57,423 nucleotides of DNA. Source: a virus (lineage: Duplodnaviria > Caudoviricetes). Below are positions 11,501-19,305 of the stretch, one piece after another (the first letter of the stretch is position 1; each line of letters begins with the position of its first letter). The notes under the pieces are model-generated. The model saw only the letters and a list, made by a program, of their open reading frames with translations. It did no database searches and had not been told where the DNA came from. The translations under genes and the position numbers were made by a program. The stretch lies in the IMG/VR virus record IMGVR_UViG_3300042561_000852, positions 1 through 57,423 of that record; one strand, 5' to 3'.

Positions 11501-14500
11501 GACGGCGCCCGAGGCTGGCGTCGACAGCGGGCTCATGCAGCGCATGTTCAACACGCGCCTCAAGCGTGAGGGCGTGCTGTCTGGCCGGCGCCTGGATGTG
11601 GCCGCCGACTACAGCCGCAACTTCGTGCTGGTCGAGTCGGCCATCGGCCGCCGCATTGATCAGGCCTTGGAGTGGCTGCGCGAGAACGACGGCACCCGCG
11701 AGATTTCCGACAAGCTGCGCGAGTCCTTCGACTACCTCGCGCGCCGGTATACCCTCGAAGCACTGAAGGCGCGCGAGTCGGTCGCGCTGATCCGCGAGCA
11801 CCTGGCGCTTGGCCGCAAGGTCGTGGTGTTCCACGACTACAAGAAGGGCGGCGCGCGCAACCCCTTCGACTTCGACGCCGGCAGCGTCGGCCCCACCGAA
11901 GCACAGACCATCGAGCAGTTCCGCGCCGAGTTCGGCGACCTGATTGAAGGCATGCGCGGGCTGATCTCGCCGATCGACCTGCTGCAGCGCGAGTTTCCCG
12001 ACCTGCTGCTGTTCAACGGCGACGTATCGCCGAAGAACCGCCGCGCCAATGTCGACACCTTCAACGACGACAGCACCGGGCCGCGCGTGATCTTGGTGCA
12101 GACCGATGCAGGCAAGGAGGGAATCAGCCTGCACGACACCACGGGCGAGCATCAGCGCGCGCTGATCAACCTGGGCATGCCGACCAAGCCGACAGACCTG
12201 ATCCAGCAGGAGGGGCGCATCTACCGCACCGGACAGGTCAGCAACGCGATTTTCAGCTATCTCAACACCGGCACGAGCTGGGAGCGCGCGACGTTCGCGC
12301 AGACCATCGCCGGTCGCGCCAGCGCCGCCGAGAACCTGGGCATGGGCGAGGAAGCGCGCGCCCTGAAGGACTCGCTGGTGCAGGCCTTCGAGGACAGCGC
12401 GCAGCTGCGCCCCGGCTACGAGGGCGAAGGCACCGGCGGCAAGGCGGCCGACGCTGCGGCCGCGCGCATGCTGACCGAGCACGACCGCGCTGTCTCGCTC
12501 TACTACGCCAACCAGAAGAAGACCCAGCGCACCAAGAGCGCCGAGGGCACCGACTACTTCGCGACGCCGGAGCCCGTTGGCCTGGCGATGGTGCGGATGG
12601 CTGACATCCGTCCGGGCGAGTCTGCGCTTGAGCCCAGCGCAGGCCACGGCGCCATCGCGCGTTGGTTCGGCGACACGGTGAAGAAGACCGCGGTGGAGCC
12701 AAGCCCGGAGCTTGCGAGCCGTCTTGCGCTGTCCTTCGACGGTCGCATTGTGGATGGGCGTTTCGAGTCGCTTGACCTGGTCAACAAGTTCGACGCCATC
12801 GTGATGAATCCGCCTTTCGGCACCGCGGGGCGCACTGCCGTGGATCACGTCGCCAAGGCTGCGAAGCATCTTCGCGAGGGTGGTCGCATCGTCGCGCTGA
12901 TTCCGACCGGGCCGGCTGCGGATAAGAAGTTCGATGCGTGGCTCTACGAGCAGGACGACAAGGGGCGCGTGGTGCACCCCGACCTGCACCTGGTCGCAAC
13001 CATCGAGCTGCCGGCCGTCACCTTCGAGCGCGCCGGAACCAATGTGCGCACTCGGATCGTGGTCGTCGACAAGCTGCCGGCAGATGTAATGCAGTTGGCA
13101 CAGCAGGATCGCGACCTTTCGAGCGCCGAGACGATCAAGGAGCTGTTCGATCGCGTCGAAAATCTGGAGATTCGCGCTCGCACCAGACCGGCTGAGCCTG
13201 AAGCCGAGACCGCGCCAGCACCAGCACCGCAGACAGAGCGCAAAGCGAAGGCAGAGTCGAGGGATGCGGCGCGCGATACGGCCAAGGCCGCAGGCGTCGC
13301 CCCCACAGGCGAGCCGATCGTCACGCACATCACGGGCAAGGGCAAAGAGCTGGTCGGAGTCGTGCGCACGGGCATCACCAAGGCGCAGGCACAGGCGATC
13401 GACGCCTACACCTTCGCCAAGAACGGCGGCTGGTTCATCCGCGTGGAGCATCTGAAGCCGGCGGGCAACTTCAGCCGACCCCGCAGCGCTGCATTGCCGG
13501 CGGCCGTCGTCGATCAGACGCAAACCCCCGAGTTCCGCCGCTGGTTCGGTAACAGCAAGGTGGTGGATGCCGAAGGGCGGCCGTTGGTGGTGTATCACGG
13601 GACGACCTTCGACTTTGAGGCCTTCAAGACCGGCAAGGCCAAGAAGGGAAACGAACTGCCTTTCGGTGCTCACTTTACCCCTAGCCCGGACATTGCCTCA
13701 CAATTCGCAGATAGCGAATCGGGGAATGTCCTGCCTGTTTACCTGTCGATCCTCGCCCCCCTTGATCTCACTCCGGAGGCTAATGAGTTCGCAGTTGTCG
13801 GCACCCCGGAGGGGATGCTTGCCGAAGAGGCCATAAGGGCCAACAAGCAAGAGCCGAAGCCGTACAGGCGATGGCAGTACCAGCCTTGGACGCAGGGAAC
13901 ACCGAAGGGTGACGATCTTGTTCTTCCGCTCAAGGCTGAGCTTGACGTTTTGAGGGGCGACAGGGGGCGCGCGATCATTCAAAAGGCTGGATACGACGGC
14001 GCGGTCTATTCCGCGACCTACTATCGCGGCCCCTTCGGATCTGGCGGCAGGACGCTTGACCGGAGCTACATCGCCTTCCGCCCCGAGCAGATCAAATCCT
14101 CCACCGGCAACCGCGGCACCTTCGACCCAGCCGACCCGCGCATCGCCTACAGCCAGCCAATGCCCGGCGACCGCATCCCCATGGGCCCGCTGCGTTCCGA
14201 CGCAGCCATGCGTTTCGCCGTCGCGGCAGCGCTGGACGGCTGGGCCGGGCAGAAGCCAATCGTGCGCGTCGTGCGCACCGCTGCCGAGCTGCCGGCCGAC
14301 GCGAAGATGGGCGAGGGCTGGCAGACCGCCGAGGGCTACTTCGACGGTGCTGATGGCGTCTGGCTGGTCACCGAGAACCTGGCCGACCCGCAGCGAGCGC
14401 TCGAAGTCCTGCGGCACGAGGCCGTGGGTCACTTCGGCGTCGAGCGCATCGCGGGCGCGTCCTGGCCGAGCATCCTTGCTGGCGTCGAGTCCTTCCGCGG

Positions 14501-17500
14501 GCAGCGCCGCAACAGCATGTCGAAGCCGATGGCGGCAGCGCTGGCCGAGGCAGAAGCGCGCTACGAGGCCGCAGCCAGCGATGACCCGCTGCTGTTCGCG
14601 AAGGAGCTGCTTGCGGTCATGGCCGAGACGGGCACGCGGGCGACGTGGATGGATCGCATGCTCTCGCAGCTGCGCGCCTTCCTGCGCAAGACTGGTCTGA
14701 TCGGCGATGCCTTCAGTGAGGCCGAGCTGCGCAATGTCCTGTCTGGCGCGTTCCGGCTGGTCGAGCGCGGCGGCAGCCTGACCGCTGGCGCTCCGGTGGC
14801 GGCTGGCGGCATGCAGTCAATCCGGCCCGACGACGTCGCCGCCTACATCCTGCGGATGATGGGCCAGAGCGACGCCGACCTGTTCCGCTACCCGAAGTCG
14901 GACAGCACCAGCTTTGCGAAGGTGGTGAAGGACGTCAGCAAGAACGCGATCGCCGCAGTGAAGCTGGGCGAGGTCGAAGCCAACTTCACCGAGAACCTGG
15001 ACGACATGCTGCCGGCGGTGAAGTGGGGGCTTCGCCTGCCGGACGGCTCGCAGGCCTTCGTCTACATCGAGCAGCCGAGCCCATACACGCCCGACAGCGG
15101 CCTGCGCATGTTCATCGACGCCAGCGCCGGCAACGCAGGCGCGAGCCTGGGCAGCGCCGCCTATGCCGCGCTGTTCCAGTGGGCACTGAACACCGGCCAC
15201 ACCTTCATCGGCGACCCCAACGGGCTGAGCACCGAGGCCCTGCTTCGGCGCACCGAGCACATGCTTTCGGCCGCCCTGAAGCACGGCACCACGCGAATGA
15301 TGGCGCCGCACGCGCGCCAGGTGGACCCCATGGACAAGAAGTGGGGCCCGTCGCAGGATTGGGCGCACCCGCTGGAGTGGACGGACGGCGACGACGTGGC
15401 GAACGTCACGGCGCTGATCCGCACCAGTGTGGAGAATCACCGCGCACTGCTGCAGGGGACCGAGGCCGATGGCGCCGTATATCGTCTTTCCGATGGACAG
15501 TTCATTGGCGCTGGCGGACAGCCTCTCACCGACGAGGGACTGCGACGCGCTGCTGCAACTGCTGGAGCGCGATTCCGAGCGAGTGGCCGCTTTGCCGGTC
15601 CAGAGTCCCGAGCGGCAGCTGTTGGCGGCTCTACGGTGGCGCGCACGCTGGTTCTCGGCTCGCTGCTCGACGGATCGACTGGATCCACGGGACAACGACG
15701 TGAGCTACTGGCTGATCTTGCAGAGCGGCTGTCCGCTCAACGCCTGACCTATGACCGCGCGCGGGGGCTGTTCTACAGCCGGCCGGGCGCATCCCGCCTT
15801 CAGCAAAACATGAGCACCGATCGGTCCGAAGCAATCAGCCAGATCCTCGACGCAATCAAGCGGGATGGCAGGGTCGAAGGCTGGGGGCTCCGGGTTATCG
15901 ACGTGGACCCCGATGTTGGGAGCGATGGCTTCCTGCCGCCAAGCTTCGTGTGGGATAACGGGGATCAGACTGAGGAAACCCTAAATGGAACTTCTGCAGT
16001 CGGCATCCGAGAGCTTTCAGAGTCCGGCATCGATAAGGCGCTGCGCCTCCTTGGTGTCGGCGGAAGCGGTGAAAATGGTTTCTACTTCGGTGATCGCGTC
16101 CTGTTGGTCAACGGCGAACCGAAGGGCTCGGGGGAGGATGCTGGCGAGGTGATCCTTGCGGAGGCCGAGCTGATCGGTCAGTGGAAAAAGTCGGGCAGCG
16201 GCCCCAACGAGATCTTGCCCAATCCGCCTGGCCTTTTCAGCCAGCCCCGCCTCGGCCCCCAGCTTCCGCAGAATCTCGGCCAAGGCCCTGCAGCGTCCGC
16301 CGCCCGCGGCGCGCTGCTCGCTGTCCGCCAGCGCGTCCAGCAGCTCACCAGCCGCGAGACGATCGACCGCCTGCTCTACGAGTTTCAGGACAAGTTCGTC
16401 GACCTGAAGCGCATTCAGGCGCACATCCGAGAGTCCGGCGGCACCGTGTCGGATCTCAATGACGCCTACCTCGGCGAAGAGCTGTATCACTCCCGAGTCA
16501 TGGCGCGGCACGAGCGATTCATGGACTCGGAGCTGAAGCCGCTGCTGGCCGACCTGAACGCGGGCGGCTTTACCATCGAGCAGTTCGAGCAGTTCCTGCA
16601 CGCCCGGCATGCGCCCGAGGCGAACGCGGCGCTCATGAAGCGCAACCCTGACGCCAAGACGGTGCAGGACGAGCGCGATCGCACGGAGCAGGCTGTTCGC
16701 ACACTGCGCGTGCAGCTTCAGCAGGCGCAGAGCGCCGGCACCGCCACGCGCGCGATTGAGCAGGCCTTGGAGCTGGCCGAGCTGGAGCGCGACCGCTGGA
16801 AGCGCACGCAGCCGTTCAAGGGCACTAACACCGAGCGGGCGATGCTGTCGGGCATGTCGGACGCCGACGCGGCCGCGATCATGGCCGCACTGTCGCCGGC
16901 TGATCGCGCCAAGATGGACGCCCTGGCCGCGCGCGTGGATGCGATCAACGCGAAGACGCTCGACCAGCTGGAGCGCTACGGGCTCATGTCGCGCGCCGAC
17001 CTTGACGCCTGGCGCCAGACCTATCAGCACTACGTTCCGCTGCATCGCGACGAGGCCAACCCGGACAGCGTCAGCCATCCGACCGGCTCGGGCTTCAGCG
17101 TCCGCGGCGATGCGGCGAAGTCGCGCACCGGCTCGGCGAAGGCGAAGGTGACCAACATCCTCGCCCACATCGCCATGCAGCGCGAGGCGGCGATCACGCG
17201 CGGCGAGAAGAACGCGGTGGCGAAGCGCCTGTATGTCCTGGCCGGCCAGAACCCGGACCCGGACCTGTGGACGCTGGACAAGGCGCCGACGATCACCCGG
17301 CTGGATCCGGCAACGGGCACCGTGCGATCGATGCCGGACCCGACTTACCGGCAGCAGCCGAATGTGGTCATGGTGCGGATTGCCGGCGAGGACCGCGCCA
17401 TCGTCTTCAGCGAGCGCAACCCGCGCGCGCTGCGGCTGGCCGAGTCTCTGAAGGGCCTCGATGTCGACGACCTGCACGTCGTCTTGGGCTGGTTCTCGAA

Positions 17501-19088
17501 GGCGACGCGCTGGTTCGCCAGTGTCAACACCCAATACAACCCGGTCTTCGGCATCATCAACCTGCTGCGCGACGTGCAGGGCTCTGCGCTGCAGCTGTCG
17601 ACCACACCGCTGAAGGGCCGAGAGCTCCAGGTGGTGCGCCGCATCCCGGCGATGCTGCGCTCGATTTACCGCGAGCGCCGCGGCAAGGGCACGGCCAGCC
17701 CCGATGATGCGCGCCTGCAGCGCCTGTGGGACGACATGCGCATGACCGGCGGCGTCACTGGCTACCGCGACCTGTTCCGTGACCCGATGGAGCGCGCGAA
17801 TGCGATCGAGGCCGAGCTGCGCAAGTCCGAGCGCGGCATGGCCAGCCGCGCCGCGCACGCCGTGGTCGACTGGCTGAGCGACTACAACGAGGCGATCGAG
17901 AACGCGACGCGCCTTGCGGTCTACGAGCAGGGCCTGGCCATCGGCATGACCAAGGAGCGCGCAGCCAGCGTCGCGAAGAACATCACGGTCAACTTCAACC
18001 GGAAGGGCCGTCAGGCGCGCGAGCTGGGCGCCCTGTTCGCCTTCTTCAACGCGGCAGTGCAGGGCACCACGCGCATGGTCGAGACGCTGGCCGGGCCCCG
18101 CGGCCGCGCCATCATGGCCGGCGGCGTTGCGCTGGGCTTCGTGAACAGCCTGATCGGCCTGGCCGTGATGGGCGGCGACGAGTGGGAGAAGATTCCCGAC
18201 CACGTCAAGGAGCGCGCGGTCATCATCCCGATCAGCGGCAGCGACTACATCAGCATCCCGATGCCGCTGGGCTACCACGTCTTCCCGAACATTGGCCGCA
18301 TCGCTGCGGAGTGGATGACCGGCGGCGCGGACAAGTCCATTGCCGGCGGCGCTGCTGAACTGCTGCGGATCGGTGTCGATGCCTTCAACCCGCTCGGCGG
18401 CACGTCGACTCCGCTGCAGATGATCATGCCGACGGCACTGGACCCGATCGCGGCCCTGGCCGAGAACAAGGACTGGACCGGCCGCCCGATCTACCGCGAG
18501 GACTTCAGCAACACTGACCCGACGCCGGGATTCACGCGGGCAAAGGACAGCGCCAGCCTGCCGGCAAAGGTCATGGCGTGGGGCGCCAACGCGCTGAGCG
18601 GCGGCGACGACTATCAGCCCGGCGCCTTCAGCCCGACGCCCGATCAGATCGACTACATCATGGGCCAGCTGACCGGCGGCCTCGGGCGCGAGATCCTGAA
18701 AGCGCAGACCACGCTGGCCGCGCCCTTCAGCGACGACGAGCTGCCGGCGTACAAGATCCCGCTGGTGTCCCGCCTGTACGGCAACACCCGCGGCGAGGCC
18801 GGCGAGAGCCAGCGCTTCTACGAGTCGCTGCGCGAGCTGAACATCATCGAGCGCCGGATCAAGGGCATGGCGCAGGCTGGCGAGGACGTGGATGCCTACA
18901 TGGCGGCCGAGCCCCTGGCGGGTCTGGTCGGCATGGGTACGCGATCGCAGTCGGTGGTGCAGCGCCTGCGCTCCGCCCAGCGTCGAGCCAGTGAGGCCGG
19001 CGACCGCGATCAGGCCGAGGCCATCCGCCTGCAGATCGCCGAAGTGATGGCTGACCTCAACCGCGAAGTGCGCGCAGCCAAGCAATGA
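5541..19088 (+). CDS. Giant DarB-like polyvalent virion protein (4515 aa): SF2/strawberry-notch-type helicase, N6-adenine MTase, ART-PolyVal-like, HExxxH, GNAT-like and LPD38-like domains
   Basis: GTGTGKT 10767-10787, DEAH 11025-11036, SAT; EPSAGHG and NPPF 12807-12818; FRRWFGNSKVVD...VYHGT...QIKSSTGNRGTFD; HEAVGH 14415-14432; C-terminal AKNITVNFNRKG...FFNAAVQG. Confidence 0.9.
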   Translation: MTNPLNPGSIQWDTDVKPAAPAPSAIRWDDDAPADQKTGAGPSWDKPSTSADVTRTWGEAATDTLTGIGQAGLSSISGVVRGINDRAPGAAEAERESGFVAGLLMDVGGKVYEAGLGAQRALGQLAGNPYVINDANRGLQEINARRAASAPEDLKRAKGAEDFAGFLDERAARVPEVQSEKARLIASEMGQLTQAEGLGDQAFATIDYFASPFLRGDLSTGGARVSKIMESLIPSLAAGGIAAKAVGAAGAGAGIQTAAQLGTMSVMEGGGAAEGARGEVLNTPIESLQSAPEFQAALRMTGGDPIRARALLADQAASISFGLGTAAAGATMGLGQVFGANVAEQAVREGVGSLATGAGVRQALLGVAGATGKEFASEFAQGASNQAAQNVGVTATGASDSLGRGVVAAGIMEGIAGAGSGAAAQGAAEVSKRLRPIFDGEDLLGGSNVQTGDPGAAQPGGLNLPDDPAAAPITTAEVVALRDQQLSALQAKANGRPDQTVVDPVTGKPVTVRGEPPQPLSEAERQMLEFLQKYADSPDKLARSLGRRLDDSAAPQAGPAAAPAPAAAPSAAAQQPPAAPAPQPSQAAPQPAAEPEQQPAQGVPTMVTQRMKAQLRERGFTDQQIRAMTPQAAWDAINSGAQAAPQAQAAQQQPAPAPSAPVGTVAAALQPQTADDLLLDRAAAELQGMDETPPIAGPVAIEPQTEEVRNEEVQQVPNVQPAPAEVAGQGLQGQEEVAPAPASAPQTGVVAAALAAQSEPADPDAVEGQLPAESTFAAGRAEDVPTERAPESFIPQVLSEIGWLEKGGRMIRDPSTAIGASSQAEIDPERGDVVGRTKWIGKPSADGRESLFWRMRPDQSLSESEATAAVQKWREGRKLGKRQQAFIDYMQKAARDYAEQWNTERTETLRAIVELEAEGIVEERDELRAAVRPNLSPEDEREALQLDDLLRRAADAGATRDQLLDILTSQPEPQQARTLWHFIKTQERDRGTDQAGPSEAAGLQPEASGRGQAESDRAGEAAPRGAEAEPAAAPAADPRAEGLTLSAPAAPAVSRQAAPPSQQGGLFAPPTRGEVLAGERKRRDDERDGKNATGRTDMMAGDGELFAGPRPEQADVEQAIAAEQVAERPKPWTVSSSEWMTSERAEIDAARASEDAEIPRLRARVEYNRNQLRGRMPKTDRARLEQLVDDDEFRILQLSSRPLDPDGFDITPARHRRIVESAMRRGESIPAEVFAEYPDLAAEAQSAPPSQGEKVEAAPDSPVVPPGVLDAPANQLVSRLNKLVEKREKWNLAHMQKYRDGSATRAQTTTHSARIADLNEQIKELRDAIAAEKSVSPSQGEKVKAARQPLENATAPDAEQESDPVITETQARQEIEWIDMGTQGGVKSLRLRFRGMAYGDLEKSGKGRWIIEGSGESFVGLAEAKRAVADTAIERLIADGYVERAPAVEAARQPSANTIFTEDAAEKARARLRAKLGRPNSGIDPEMLQDGITLAGYHIERGARTFAAYARAMVEDMGDAVRPFLKSWYLGVKFDPRAASIASEMDSAAAVESADANQEFGDVPSSPGDVAGAGQSGPAAASDVAEADAAAGGEAAAGAGQPSGRVGAGAPGARGTRGPAGGAAAGRAGRDQRVPAQQPDGREPAASDAGAADGRGSRGDGGSGVQAERDGARGATEAAARARGDRDKLTQQRAAESIPVRLGDIENIRATLPYLLEGQQDDVAKAEARFAKPDGYGMLFTNGTGTGKTFTGLGIVKRFQRQGKTNVLIVAPSDKIMSDWVKSGIPLGLDITQLASTSDAGRGIVVTTYANLGQNDALAKREWDLIVADEAHYLMRSADGERTAALDALRAITLHPDGYMQRTNMLHRELVDRGRDLSDQAKRARMSDDQRDWFRAKGLEEQASAAFRELDARRKEVQADVMAKQGASRTRAVFLSATPFAYEKTVDWAQGYLFTYPESQGGGYNSPDSFGAFMMSNFGYRMRYGKLTAPEAGVDSGLMQRMFNTRLKREGVLSGRRLDVAADYSRNFVLVESAIGRRIDQALEWLRENDGTREISDKLRESFDYLARRYTLEALKARESVALIREHLALGRKVVVFHDYKKGGARNPFDFDAGSVGPTEAQTIEQFRAEFGDLIEGMRGLISPIDLLQREFPDLLLFNGDVSPKNRRANVDTFNDDSTGPRVILVQTDAGKEGISLHDTTGEHQRALINLGMPTKPTDLIQQEGRIYRTGQVSNAIFSYLNTGTSWERATFAQTIAGRASAAENLGMGEEARALKDSLVQAFEDSAQLRPGYEGEGTGGKAADAAAARMLTEHDRAVSLYYANQKKTQRTKSAEGTDYFATPEPVGLAMVRMADIRPGESALEPSAGHGAIARWFGDTVKKTAVEPSPELASRLALSFDGRIVDGRFESLDLVNKFDAIVMNPPFGTAGRTAVDHVAKAAKHLREGGRIVALIPTGPAADKKFDAWLYEQDDKGRVVHPDLHLVATIELPAVTFERAGTNVRTRIVVVDKLPADVMQLAQQDRDLSSAETIKELFDRVENLEIRARTRPAEPEAETAPAPAPQTERKAKAESRDAARDTAKAAGVAPTGEPIVTHITGKGKELVGVVRTGITKAQAQAIDAYTFAKNGGWFIRVEHLKPAGNFSRPRSAALPAAVVDQTQTPEFRRWFGNSKVVDAEGRPLVVYHGTTFDFEAFKTGKAKKGNELPFGAHFTPSPDIASQFADSESGNVLPVYLSILAPLDLTPEANEFAVVGTPEGMLAEEAIRANKQEPKPYRRWQYQPWTQGTPKGDDLVLPLKAELDVLRGDRGRAIIQKAGYDGAVYSATYYRGPFGSGGRTLDRSYIAFRPEQIKSSTGNRGTFDPADPRIAYSQPMPGDRIPMGPLRSDAAMRFAVAAALDGWAGQKPIVRVVRTAAELPADAKMGEGWQTAEGYFDGADGVWLVTENLADPQRALEVLRHEAVGHFGVERIAGASWPSILAGVESFRGQRRNSMSKPMAAALAEAEARYEAAASDDPLLFAKELLAVMAETGTRATWMDRMLSQLRAFLRKTGLIGDAFSEAELRNVLSGAFRLVERGGSLTAGAPVAAGGMQSIRPDDVAAYILRMMGQSDADLFRYPKSDSTSFAKVVKDVSKNAIAAVKLGEVEANFTENLDDMLPAVKWGLRLPDGSQAFVYIEQPSPYTPDSGLRMFIDASAGNAGASLGSAAYAALFQWALNTGHTFIGDPNGLSTEALLRRTEHMLSAALKHGTTRMMAPHARQVDPMDKKWGPSQDWAHPLEWTDGDDVANVTALIRTSVENHRALLQGTEADGAVYRLSDGQFIGAGGQPLTDEGLRRAAATAGARFRASGRFAGPESRAAAVGGSTVARTLVLGSLLDGSTGSTGQRRELLADLAERLSAQRLTYDRARGLFYSRPGASRLQQNMSTDRSEAISQILDAIKRDGRVEGWGLRVIDVDPDVGSDGFLPPSFVWDNGDQTEETLNGTSAVGIRELSESGIDKALRLLGVGGSGENGFYFGDRVLLVNGEPKGSGEDAGEVILAEAELIGQWKKSGSGPNEILPNPPGLFSQPRLGPQLPQNLGQGPAASAARGALLAVRQRVQQLTSRETIDRLLYEFQDKFVDLKRIQAHIRESGGTVSDLNDAYLGEELYHSRVMARHERFMDSELKPLLADLNAGGFTIEQFEQFLHARHAPEANAALMKRNPDAKTVQDERDRTEQAVRTLRVQLQQAQSAGTATRAIEQALELAELERDRWKRTQPFKGTNTERAMLSGMSDADAAAIMAALSPADRAKMDALAARVDAINAKTLDQLERYGLMSRADLDAWRQTYQHYVPLHRDEANPDSVSHPTGSGFSVRGDAAKSRTGSAKAKVTNILAHIAMQREAAITRGEKNAVAKRLYVLAGQNPDPDLWTLDKAPTITRLDPATGTVRSMPDPTYRQQPNVVMVRIAGEDRAIVFSERNPRALRLAESLKGLDVDDLHVVLGWFSKATRWFASVNTQYNPVFGIINLLRDVQGSALQLSTTPLKGRELQVVRRIPAMLRSIYRERRGKGTASPDDARLQRLWDDMRMTGGVTGYRDLFRDPMERANAIEAELRKSERGMASRAAHAVVDWLSDYNEAIENATRLAVYEQGLAIGMTKERAASVAKNITVNFNRKGRQARELGALFAFFNAAVQGTTRMVETLAGPRGRAIMAGGVALGFVNSLIGLAVMGGDEWEKIPDHVKERAVIIPISGSDYISIPMPLGYHVFPNIGRIAAEWMTGGADKSIAGGAAELLRIGVDAFNPLGGTSTPLQMIMPTALDPIAALAENKDWTGRPIYREDFSNTDPTPGFTRAKDSASLPAKVMAWGANALSGGDDYQPGAFSPTPDQIDYIMGQLTGGLGREILKAQTTLAAPFSDDELPAYKIPLVSRLYGNTRGEAGESQRFYESLRELNIIERRIKGMAQAGEDVDAYMAAEPLAGLVGMGTRSQSVVQRLRSAQRRASEAGDRDQAEAIRLQIAEVMADLNREVRAAKQ
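7669..7752 (+). CDS. Nested +1-frame basic peptide MKKSSKYPMSNPPPPKSQGKGCKGKKK (27 aa)
   Basis: GAGGA SD 7656-7660, 8 nt before ATG; host frame here is acidic linker. Confidence 0.45.
   Translation: MKKSSKYPMSNPPPPKSQGKGCKGKKK
8509..8670 (+). CDS. Nested +1-frame small protein MALTKQDRAKLLDFSLKQAAEGKPSLIEQAKQRH... (53 aa)
   Basis: AGGAG SD 8497-8501, GTG start; host frame switches to A/T-ending codons and low-complexity sequence over this span. Confidence 0.6.
   Translation: MALTKQDRAKLLDFSLKQAAEGKPSLIEQAKQRHAAQKQSQPLPPPPIPAPKG
9285..9903 (+). repeat. In-frame direct repeats (PSQGEKVxAA/VxAARQP) at 9285-9315, 9549-9588 and 9881-9903
   Basis: 31-bp copies with 1 mismatch 264 bp apart; third partial copy 315 bp further. 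Confidence 0.85.
10225..10608 (+). CDS. Nested +1-frame helical protein MYQVPPETWQELASQGRLRHPTWQKL... (127 aa)
   Basis: AGGAG SD 10213-10217; CTG/GAG-rich phage-typical codons; host frame reads as GCT/GGA/CGA-rich Gly-Ala-Arg junk over the same span. Confidence 0.8.
   Translation: MYQVPPETWQELASQGRLRHPTWQKLMPLPVEKLLPALDSLVDEWEQEHPERAVRAALLVAPLLVERAAISAFLRSSPMGESLRPAMPELLTVEEAVAMADQEFRLSATEREALRKLLREHEATATS
15469..15747 (+). CDS. Nested +1-frame protein MAPYIVFPMDSSLALADSL... (92 aa)
   Basis: Host frame shows A/T-ending codons (GCT GCT GCA ACT GCT GGA) while the +1 frame is open and Leu-rich; weak SD. Confidence 0.5.
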   Translation: MAPYIVFPMDSSLALADSLSPTRDCDALLQLLERDSERVAALPVQSPERQLLAALRWRARWFSARCSTDRLDPRDNDVSYWLILQSGCPLNA

Positions 19089-19139
19089 GTGCGCGGCCGG
19101 CGGCGATCATCTTGCCGCCGGCCCAGCACCAGGAGCGGA

Positions 19140-19168
19140 TTACGTCGCGGGCGAGCATGGGGTATGCT
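19140..19168 (+). promoter_or_regulatory. Sigma70-like promoter for the downstream ncRNA
   Basis: TTACGT-N17-TATGCT; predicted start coincides with the 5' end of the RNA closing stem. Confidence 0.55.
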
Positions 19169-19172
19169 CCGG

Positions 19173-19303
19173 ATCGGTGGATGCGTAGGCTGATGCGCTA
19201 CGACGATAAACGCGACAGGGCCAAACCGAGGGCGAAACGTCTCTCCCGCCTGCTGAAATGCAGGCAGCTCCTAGCAAGCCGGAGATCAGCGCCGGCCACC
19301 GAT
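19173..19303 (+). ncRNA. Kissing-loop structured RNA A
   Basis: Closing stem ATCGGTG/CACCGAT; hairpins GCGTA-GGCTGA-TGCGC and GCCGG-AGATCAGCG-CCGGC; GCTGAT/ATCAGC complementary; own promoter and terminator. Confidence 0.8.
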
Positions 19304-19305
19304 AT

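Noticed and set aside
10797-19085. Very long minus-strand ORFs (958 aa, 1022 aa and similar elsewhere)
   Set aside because: Antisense shadows of high-GC coding genes; no SD, no motifs
19095-19123. GC-rich hairpin after the giant gene as an intrinsic terminator
   Set aside because: Strong stem but no U tract; function cannot be supported
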